Source of the DNA: Phycisphaera mikurensis NBRC 102666
GTDB lineage: Bacteria; Planctomycetota; Phycisphaerae; Phycisphaerales; Phycisphaeraceae
Direction of reading: 5' to 3'
DNA length: 32,000 bases
Assembly: GCF_000284115.1 (NCBI RefSeq)
Contig: NC_017080.1
Coordinates: 3,570,001 to 3,602,000, forward strand
The stretch's first letter is position 1. Each line of letters opens with the position of its first letter. Under the pieces are notes generated by a model that saw nothing but the letters and a program-made list of their open reading frames with translations, did not search any database and was not told the DNA's origin. The position numbers were made by a program, and so were the translations under genes. Below, piece by piece: positions 16,625 to 22,893 of this stretch.

Positions 16625-16639
16625 TCCGCCCCCCGGTCC

Positions 16640-17143
16640 TCACCGCCCGGTGGCGAGGCGGCGGCCGGCGCACAGCGCGATCGCGATGGCGTCGGCGACG
16701 TCCGGCGGCTCCGGCGGCGCGGCGAGGCCCAGCTGCGACTGCACCGCCCGCTGCACCTGCCCCTTGCTGGCGTGACCGCCGCCGGTGAGGCTCTTCTTCA
16801 CGGCGGTCGCGGTGAGCTGGCCGACCGGCAGGCCCGCGGCCGCCAGCTCCAGGAGGATCACGCCGCGGGCGTGGCCCATGAGGATGGCCGTCCGGGGGTG
16901 CTTCACGTGGGCGAAGAGCGTCTCGACCGCCCCACGCCCGGGCCGCAGCTCGGCGATCACCTCCCGCACGTCGTCCCGCAGCTGCACGAGCCTGCGCTCG
17001 ACGGACGCGTCCGCGTCGAGCCGGATCACGCCGGCTTCGACCAGCGCCGGGTCCCAACGCCCCGGCGCCGCCTCCACCACGGCGTAGCCCGTGAGGCGCA
17101 GGCCCGGGTCGATGCCCAGGATGCGGACGGCGTCCGCGGTCAA
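16640..17143 (-). CDS. ruvC: Crossover junction endodeoxyribonuclease RuvC (TTG start)
   Basis: LTADAVRILGIDPGLRLTGYAVVE...VETLFAHVKHPRTAILMGHARGVILLELAAAGLPVGQLTATAVKKSLTGGGHASKGQVQRAV...PPDVADAIAIALC. The start TTG 17143-17141 overlaps the upstream stop. Confidence 0.93.
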   Translation of the reverse strand: MTADAVRILGIDPGLRLTGYAVVEAAPGRWDPALVEAGVIRLDADASVERRLVQLRDDVREVIAELRPGRGAVETLFAHVKHPRTAILMGHARGVILLELAAAGLPVGQLTATAVKKSLTGGGHASKGQVQRAVQSQLGLAAPPEPPDVADAIAIALCAGRRLATGR

Positions 17144-17799
17144 TAGGCACCCCTTCCGGTCGCGACGGCGCGGAAGGTGCGGAGCAGGATCCACGCATCC
17201 AACCGCCACGAGCGGTTCCGCGCGTAGCGGGTGTCCAGCCGCGCCTTCGCCTCGTAAGGCAGGTCGCTGCGTCCGCTCACCTGCCACAGGCCGGTCAAGC
17301 CCGGCGTGACCCGGCAGTAGCGGGCGAACGCCCGGCCGTAGTCGCCCCGCTCCGCCACCGGCAGCGGCCGCGGCCCGACCAGCGACATCTCCCCGACGAA
17401 GACGTTCCAAAGCTGCGGCAGCTCGTCGAGCGACGCCCGGCGCAGCCACCGCCCCACCGGCGTCACCCGCGGGTCGCGCCGCAGCTTGTGGGCGTACGAC
17501 CACTCGGGATCGGCGACGGGATCCAGCGGCGCCGCGGCCGCCATCGTGCGGAACTTCAAGAGCACGAAACGCCGGCCGCCGCGGGTGTAGCGGTGCTGAG
17601 CGAAGAGCACCGGGCCCGGCGAGGTGAGCCCGACGGCGAGCGCGATCGCCACCGCGACGGGCATCCACAGCGGGGCGGTGCCGACGACCGCGAGCAGGTC
17701 GAAGGCCCGCTTGCCCACCGGCGTGCGGGCGACGCGGGAGCGCGAGCGGCGGCGTGCCTGCGCCCGCGCCGCGGCGTGTGGAAGCGCCGCGGCCGTCAC
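17140..17799 (-). CDS. Bacterial sugar transferase (undecaprenyl-phosphate sugar phosphotransferase family)
   Basis: GKRAFDLLAVVGTAPLWMPVAVAIALAVGLTSPGPVLFAQHRYTRGGRRFVLLKFRTM...LRRDPRVTPVGRWLRRASLDELPQLWNVFVGEMSLVGPRP...VTPGLTGLWQVSGRSDLPYEAKARLD. GTG start 17799. Confidence 0.93.
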   Translation of the reverse strand: MTAAALPHAAARAQARRRSRSRVARTPVGKRAFDLLAVVGTAPLWMPVAVAIALAVGLTSPGPVLFAQHRYTRGGRRFVLLKFRTMAAAAPLDPVADPEWSYAHKLRRDPRVTPVGRWLRRASLDELPQLWNVFVGEMSLVGPRPLPVAERGDYGRAFARYCRVTPGLTGLWQVSGRSDLPYEAKARLDTRYARNRSWRLDAWILLRTFRAVATGRGAY

Positions 17800-18935
17800 C
17801 GCCGCGGCTCCCAAGCGGGCGGGCCGTGCGCAAGGTCTTCGGCCCGCGCGTCCTCCACGAATCCGCGGACAGCGGCCCGGAAACGCTCCGGAGCGAAGCG
17901 GTCCGCGGCTGCGACCAGCCCCGCCGGGTCGAGCGAGACGCCCTCGCGTTCGAAGCGATCCAGCGCCGCCGCGACGCGGCCCGGCGTCGCCTCCTCGAAG
18001 AACACGCCGCTCCGTCCCTCTTCCAGCGACTCGGTCGCGCCGCCGCGACGCAGCGCGACCACCGGCGTGCCGGCGGCGAGCGCCTCGACGGGGACGAGGC
18101 CGAAGTCTTCCTCCGCCGCGAAGATCAACGCCCGGCACCCGCCGACCAGCGCCGCCGCCGCGTCGTCGCTCGCGTCGGTGATGAAGCGGGTGGAGGGGTC
18201 GGCGGCGGCGCGGAGCCGGGCCAGCTCCGGGCCCTCGCCGATCACCGTCAGCCGGCGGTGCGAGCGGCGGAAGGCCTCCACCACCGCCATCGTGTTCTTG
18301 TACGGCACCAGCCGGCCGAGCACCACGTAGCCCTCGCGCCCCCCGGCCGGCCGCGGCGGGCCGCCGTGCAGCGGCCGCACCGGCGGGTGGATGACGGTCG
18401 AGCCGCGGCGATAGGCCTTCGCGATCCGCCGCGCCACCGTGCGCGAGTTCGCGATGAAGTGATCCACACGCTGCGCCGCCGCATGGTCCCAGCGTCGGAA
18501 GCGCGACAGCGTCCAGCGTTTCAGCGGCGCGGGCCGGCGTGGCGGCACGTGCTCGGGGTAGAGGTCCCACGCGTACCGGGCGGGGCTGTGGGTGTAGCTC
18601 ACGTGCGTCTGGTCGGCCCGGGTCAGCACCCCGTGGGCCGCCGCGTGGTGCGAGCTGACGACCGCGTCGTAGCCACGCAGGTCGTGCTGCTCCACCGCCA
18701 GCGGCCACAGCGGCAGCGTCGCCCGGTGCCGGCCCAAGAGCCCGGGAGCTCCAAGCACCCTCTGCACGAAGCTCGGCCGCAGGTCGCGCCCCCGCAGCGG
18801 GCTCTGGGCCACCACGGCCGGGTCGTAGGCCGTGCAGTAGATCGGCGCCTCGGGCCACAGGGACGCGAGCTCGGCCAGAACCCGCTCGGACCCGTGCCAG
18901 CCGGCGATGCACTCGTGGACCAGGGCGACGCGGAT
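17796..18935 (-). CDS. GT4-family glycosyltransferase
   Basis: The conserved frame reads (ATC)RVALVHECIAGWHGSERVLAELASLWPEAPIYCTAYDPAVVAQSPL...SYTHSPARYAWDLY...FIANSRTVARRI...YVVLGRLVPYKNTMAVVEAF...GEGPELARLR...IFAAEEDFGLVPVEALAAGTPVVALRRGGATESL. The track ORF starts only at GTG 18815 and misses about 40 conserved N-terminal residues. Confidence 0.88.
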   Translation of the reverse strand: MRVALVHECIAGWHGSERVLAELASLWPEAPIYCTAYDPAVVAQSPLRGRDLRPSFVQRVLGAPGLLGRHRATLPLWPLAVEQHDLRGYDAVVSSHHAAAHGVLTRADQTHVSYTHSPARYAWDLYPEHVPPRRPAPLKRWTLSRFRRWDHAAAQRVDHFIANSRTVARRIAKAYRRGSTVIHPPVRPLHGGPPRPAGGREGYVVLGRLVPYKNTMAVVEAFRRSHRRLTVIGEGPELARLRAAADPSTRFITDASDDAAAALVGGCRALIFAAEEDFGLVPVEALAAGTPVVALRRGGATESLEEGRSGVFFEEATPGRVAAALDRFEREGVSLDPAGLVAAADRFAPERFRAAVRGFVEDARAEDLAHGPPAWEPRR

Positions 18936-18941
18936 CCGCCC

Positions 18942-18947
18942 AGCGTA
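18942..18947 (-). promoter_or_regulatory. Putative leaderless -10 box TACGCT of the GT4 gene (N6 to ATC)
   Basis: The minus strand reads TACGCT-gggcgg-ATC(18935). Confidence 0.5.
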
Positions 18948-18961
18948 GGAGCGGGCCGGGG

Positions 18962-18967
18962 TATCGT
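18962..18967 (+). promoter_or_regulatory. Putative leaderless -10 box TATCGT of the SIS-domain gene (N6 to TTG)
   Basis: TATCGT-tccgcg-TTG(18974). Confidence 0.5.
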
Positions 18968-18973
18968 TCCGCG

Positions 18974-19741
18974 TTGAGCTCCCCCGCCACCCGCTCCCCA
19001 GGAGCCTCCATGAAACCCCACGCCGGCAGCACCTCCGACTTCATCCGCGGCCTCGGCTCGGTCCTGCTCGGAACGATCGGAAGCCGCCGCGGCGAGGGGG
19101 CGGAGGCGGCGTTGCTGGGTGTAGACGACGCCGTCGCCGCCGCGTACGAGATCCTCGGGCGGGCCAAGGGAGAACGCCGCACCGTCTTCGCCCTGGGCAA
19201 CGGCGGCTCGCAGGTCGTCGCGCAGCACGTGGAGATGGACCTGGCCAACCGGGCCCGCATGCGTGCCCGGTCGTTCAGCTCGACACCAGTCGTCACCGCC
19301 CTGTGCAACGACCACTGCCACGAGGAGGCGTACGAGCGGCTGCTCGGGACCCAGGCGGACCGCGGCGACGTCCTGCTCGCGATCTCGTCCTCGGGCGTCA
19401 GCCGCAACATCCTCGCGGCCGCAAGATCCGGCCGGAGGATGGGGATGCGGGTGATCACCTTCAGCGGCTTCGATGCCGACAACCCGCTTCGGACCGCCGG
19501 CGACCTGAACCTTTGGGTTGATTCCCACGAGTACGGCCTCGTCGAGCTTGCGCACGAGACCCTCGTCCACCGCCTCTCGGACCTCTGCGTCGCCGCGGAG
19601 GAAGCCGAGCAGGCGGCCGGAGCGGCGGCCGAGGCCAACGCCCGCGTTGCAGAAGCGCACGCCGCGGGGTCGCACGCCGCGGGGACGCAAGCGATCCTCG
19701 GCGCCGGAGCCCGGCTCAACGGCCACGCCGCCCGCGGCTGA
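18974..19741 (+). CDS. SIS-domain protein, phosphoheptose isomerase (GmhA)-like; TTG 18974 or ATG 19010 start
   Basis: AYEILGRAKGERRTVFALGNGGSQVVAQHVEMDLANR...VVTALCNDHCHEEAYERLLGTQADRGDVLLAISSSGVSRNILAAARSGRRMGMRVITFSGFD. Confidence 0.85.
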   Translation: MSSPATRSPGASMKPHAGSTSDFIRGLGSVLLGTIGSRRGEGAEAALLGVDDAVAAAYEILGRAKGERRTVFALGNGGSQVVAQHVEMDLANRARMRARSFSSTPVVTALCNDHCHEEAYERLLGTQADRGDVLLAISSSGVSRNILAAARSGRRMGMRVITFSGFDADNPLRTAGDLNLWVDSHEYGLVELAHETLVHRLSDLCVAAEEAEQAAGAAAEANARVAEAHAAGSHAAGTQAILGAGARLNGHAARG

Positions 19742-19830
19742 CCACGCCGCGTCCGCATCAGGGAGCGGCCGCCCCCCGCTCCGCCTGGCGCAGAGGCACA
19801 AGCGAGCCCGCGGACCCGCCCGACCTTCCA

Positions 19831-19916
19831 TACCCGAGAGAGGATTCGAACCTCCAAGAGATTTTACTCTCACCGCGACCTCAACGCGGCGCGTCTGCCA
19901 GTTCCGCCACTCGGGT
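19831..19916 (-). tRNA. tRNA-Leu (anticodon GAG)
   Basis: The reverse strand reads ACCCGAGTGGCGGAACTGGCAGACGCGCCGCGTTGAGGTCGCGGTGAGAGTAAAATCTCTTGGAGGTTCGAATCCTCTCTCGGGTA. It has a 7-bp acceptor stem, anticodon arm CCGCG-TTGAGGT-CGCGG, a long variable arm and a TTCGAAT T-loop. CCA is not encoded. Confidence 0.96.
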
Positions 19917-19931
19917 GGTGTGGGGCCGCCA

Positions 19932-19959
19932 ACGATAGCAAGAGGCGCTGCCGCCGCAA
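19932..19959 (-). promoter_or_regulatory. Promoter of tRNA-Leu: TTGCGG - 16 nt - TATCGT
   Basis: The reverse strand has TTGCGG (19959-19954) and TATCGT (19937-19932), 15 nt before the mature tRNA 5' end. Confidence 0.6.
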
Positions 19960-19982
19960 GCACGGTGACACCCGCCCGGCCG

Positions 19983-19988
19983 TACCTT
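19983..19988 (+). promoter_or_regulatory. Putative leaderless -10 box TACCTT of lysC (N6 to ATG)
   Basis: TACCTT-cccggg-ATG(19995). Confidence 0.6.
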
Positions 19989-19994
19989 CCCGGG

Positions 19995-21356
19995 ATGCCG
20001 GAAACGCCCGCCCTCACCGTCGCCAAGTTCGGCGGAACGTCGCTGGCCGACGCCGACGCCATCCGCCGCTGCGTGGAGATCGTCCGGGCCGACCCCGCCC
20101 GGCGCGTGGTCGTCCCCTCGGCGCCCGGCAAGCGGCACGGGGACGACCCCAAGGTCACCGACCTGCTCTACCTCTGCCACGACCACGCCGAGCGGGGCTT
20201 GCCTTTCGCGGCGGTCTTTGAGCGGATCCGCGAACGCTTCCGCGGGATCTCCGCCGGGCTGGACCTCGGCGCCGCCTTCGCTGCCCGCCTCGGGGCGGCG
20301 TTGGACGCGGCCGAGGCGGGCATCCGCGAGCACGCCGGCCGCGGGCCGGACTTCGCCGCCAGCCGCGGCGAGGCGCTCAACGGCCTCGTGCTCGCGGAGG
20401 CCCTGGGCTTCGCCTGCGCCGACGCCGCGGGGGTGATCCGGTTCGCGCACGACGGCCGCCTCGACGCCGGCGAGACCCGCCGGCTCCTCCGGGAGGCCCG
20501 CGGGTCCGCGGGCGCCGGGTTGGTCGTGCCCGGCTTCTATGGCGCCGACGCCGGCGGGACCGTCAGGACCTTCAGCCGCGGCGGCTCCGACGTCACCGGC
20601 GCGGCGGTCGCGGCGGCGCTCGACGCGGCGGTGTACGAGAACTGGACCGACGTCTCGGGACTGCTCATGGCGGACCCGCGCGTCGTCGACGCCCCCCGCA
20701 GCATCGAGCGGGTGACCTACCGCGAGCTGCGGGAGCTTTCGTACATGGGTGCCACCGTGCTCCACCCCGAGGCGGTCTTCCCCGTTCGCGCCGCGGGAAT
20801 CCCGGTGAACATCCGCAACACGAGCGAACCGGCTCACCCCGGCACGCTGATCGTCTCCGCCGTGCCGCCGGGGGAGGAGCCCCCCGGCGCTCCCCCGATC
20901 ACCGGCGTCGCGGGGAAGCGCGGCTACACCGCGATCCAGCTGGAGAAGGCGCTCATGAACGAGGCGATCGGCTACGGCGAGCGGGTGCTCTCGGTGCTGC
21001 GACGCCACGGGGTTTCGTTCGAGCACGTGCCCTCGGGCATCGACACGCTCTCGGTGGTCGTGTCCGACGCCGAGGTCGACGGCAAGCTCGTGGCGCTCGT
21101 GGACGACCTGCAGCGTGAGCTCGAACCCGACGCCCTCGAGGTCGACACGGACCTGGCGCTGATCGCCACCGTCGGCCGCCGCATGCGAACCCGCCCCGGC
21201 ATGGCCGCGACGCTCTTCGGTGCGCTGGGCGCGGCGGGCGTGAACATCCGGATGATCGACCAGGGCTCCAGCGAGCTGAACATCATCGTCGGCGTCAACG
21301 AGAGCGACTTCGAGGCGGCCGTGCGGGCGATCTACGCGGCCTTCGTGATCGGCTAG
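19995..21356 (+). CDS. lysC: Aspartate kinase
   Basis: MPETPALTVAKFGGTSLADADAIRRCVEIVRAD...VSRGGSDVTGAAVAAALDA-like segment, VYENWTDVSGLLMADPRVV, YRELRELSYMGATVLHPEAVFPVR, and C-terminal ACT domains with GMAATLFGALGAAGVNIRMIDQGSSELNIIVGV. The track start at 19518 is artefactual. Confidence 0.95.
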   Translation: MPETPALTVAKFGGTSLADADAIRRCVEIVRADPARRVVVPSAPGKRHGDDPKVTDLLYLCHDHAERGLPFAAVFERIRERFRGISAGLDLGAAFAARLGAALDAAEAGIREHAGRGPDFAASRGEALNGLVLAEALGFACADAAGVIRFAHDGRLDAGETRRLLREARGSAGAGLVVPGFYGADAGGTVRTFSRGGSDVTGAAVAAALDAAVYENWTDVSGLLMADPRVVDAPRSIERVTYRELRELSYMGATVLHPEAVFPVRAAGIPVNIRNTSEPAHPGTLIVSAVPPGEEPPGAPPITGVAGKRGYTAIQLEKALMNEAIGYGERVLSVLRRHGVSFEHVPSGIDTLSVVVSDAEVDGKLVALVDDLQRELEPDALEVDTDLALIATVGRRMRTRPGMAATLFGALGAAGVNIRMIDQGSSELNIIVGVNESDFEAAVRAIYAAFVIG

Positions 21357-21463
21357 CAGGCCGCCGGCCGCGTCGGTGGAAGGATCCTTGATCCGCCGGA
21401 CCCCTTCCCCCGGAGGCGGCGACGGATCGGCCTGCCCGCTCCGCTCCGTACCGTCCCGCAGCG

Positions 21464-22741
21464 ATGCAGAACACGCGGCCCTCCTCCTCGAACCCGCCGC
21501 CCCCCGCCGCCGCAGAGGGAGGCTCGTCCCGCCGCGTGTACCTGGACAGCAACGCGACGACGCGGCCGTCGGCGGCGGCGGTGGCGGCCGCCCGCCGGGG
21601 GATGGAGGAGGCCTGGGGCAACCCCTCCAGCGTGCACCGAACGGGGCAGGCGGCGCGCCGGGCGATGGAGCTCGCGCGGGCGCAAGTGGCCACGCTGATC
21701 GGGGCCAAGCCCGCCGAGGTGGTCTTCACCTCCGGCGGGACCGAGGCGAACCGGCTGGCCCTCGAGGGCGTGCTGCAGCTGGCGACCGGGCGGGGCCAGC
21801 CGGCGGTGCTGCTGACCACGCCGGTGGAGCACGCCGCGGTGCGGGAGCCCGCCGCGGCGTTGGAGCGGCGGGGCGTGGCCGTCCGGCGGCTGCCGGTGGA
21901 CGGCCACGGCGTGCTCGATCCCGACGACCTCGCGGCGGCCTACGGCGAAGCCCCCGAGGAAGCGGCCGTGCTCGCGAGCGTGCACTGGGCGAACAACGAG
22001 ACCGGCGTGATCCAGCCGATCGAGGCGCTCGCGGCCGTGGCCGCCGCCGCCGCGGCCGATCGGGCCGCGACGACACGCTTCCACACCGACGCGACGCAGG
22101 CGGTCGGCAAGCTCCCGGTGGACCTCCGCACCGGCGGCCCGCTCGACGGCGTGGATCTGCTGACCCTCTCCGCGCACAAGCTCTACGCGGTCAAGGGCAG
22201 CGGCGCCCTGTTCGTGCGGCGGCGCGTCCGCCTGGCGGGCGTCGCGTCCGGCGGGCCGCAGGAGCGTGGGCTGCGGGCGGGCACCGAGAACCTGGCGGGC
22301 ATCCTCGCGCTCGGGGCCGCGGCGGACGAGTCCGCGGCCTACCTGGCGGATCCCGCCGCGTCGGCCGGGCTCGCCGCCCGGCGGGACCGCTTCGAGGCCG
22401 CCGTCCGCGCGGCCATGCCCGGGGCGGTGGTCCCCGCTGGAGGCGCCCGCTTCGGCCGCCTCGCCAACACCGCCAACATCGCCTTCCCGGGCCTGCTCGC
22501 CGAGGCGATCCTCCTGGGCCTCTCCGAGCGCGGCGTCGACGCGAGCGCGGGCGCCGCCTGCTCCAGCGGTTCGCTCGAGCCCTCGCCGGTCCTGCTGGCG
22601 ATGGGCCTCGCCGAGCCGCTTGCGCACGGGTCGGTCCGCTTCTCGCTGTCCCGCCACACCACCGACGCGGAGCTCGACGAGGCGGTCGCCGCGCTCGCCG
22701 CCACCGTCGGACGCCTCGGCCGGCTGCTGCCGACGGGCTGA
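21464..22741 (+). CDS. Cysteine desulfurase (NifS/IscS family, class V aminotransferase)
   Basis: VYLDSNATTRPSAAAVAAARRGMEEAWGNPSSVHRTGQ, VVFTSGGTEANRLAL, VHWANNETGVIQPI, FHTDATQAVGKLPVDL, TLSAHKLYAVKGSGALFVRR and ASAGAACSSGSLEPSPVLLAMG. Confidence 0.93.
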   Translation: MQNTRPSSSNPPPPAAAEGGSSRRVYLDSNATTRPSAAAVAAARRGMEEAWGNPSSVHRTGQAARRAMELARAQVATLIGAKPAEVVFTSGGTEANRLALEGVLQLATGRGQPAVLLTTPVEHAAVREPAAALERRGVAVRRLPVDGHGVLDPDDLAAAYGEAPEEAAVLASVHWANNETGVIQPIEALAAVAAAAAADRAATTRFHTDATQAVGKLPVDLRTGGPLDGVDLLTLSAHKLYAVKGSGALFVRRRVRLAGVASGGPQERGLRAGTENLAGILALGAAADESAAYLADPAASAGLAARRDRFEAAVRAAMPGAVVPAGGARFGRLANTANIAFPGLLAEAILLGLSERGVDASAGAACSSGSLEPSPVLLAMGLAEPLAHGSVRFSLSRHTTDAELDEAVAALAATVGRLGRLLPTG

Positions 22742-22893
22742 GGCTTCGTTTTCCTACGCTCCGCCGGAAGGACCGTGCAGCCCGCCCCGCCCCCCAGCTC
22801 GCCGCTTCCCCCCCACCCCGCCGCGTCGGCGGGGTGGCGCCGGGCGGCGGATGCCTCATCCGGCGCGACCCCGCGGAGGCCGTCTTGCAGCTG

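Noticed and set aside
17144-17833. RuvC extension (397-aa ORF) in the ORF track
   Set aside because: It overlaps the sugar transferase in another frame. RuvC homology begins right after TTG 17143.
19518-19994. N-terminal extension of aspartate kinase in the ORF track
   Set aside because: It runs through the SIS gene and antisense to tRNA-Leu. Kinase homology begins at ATG 19995.
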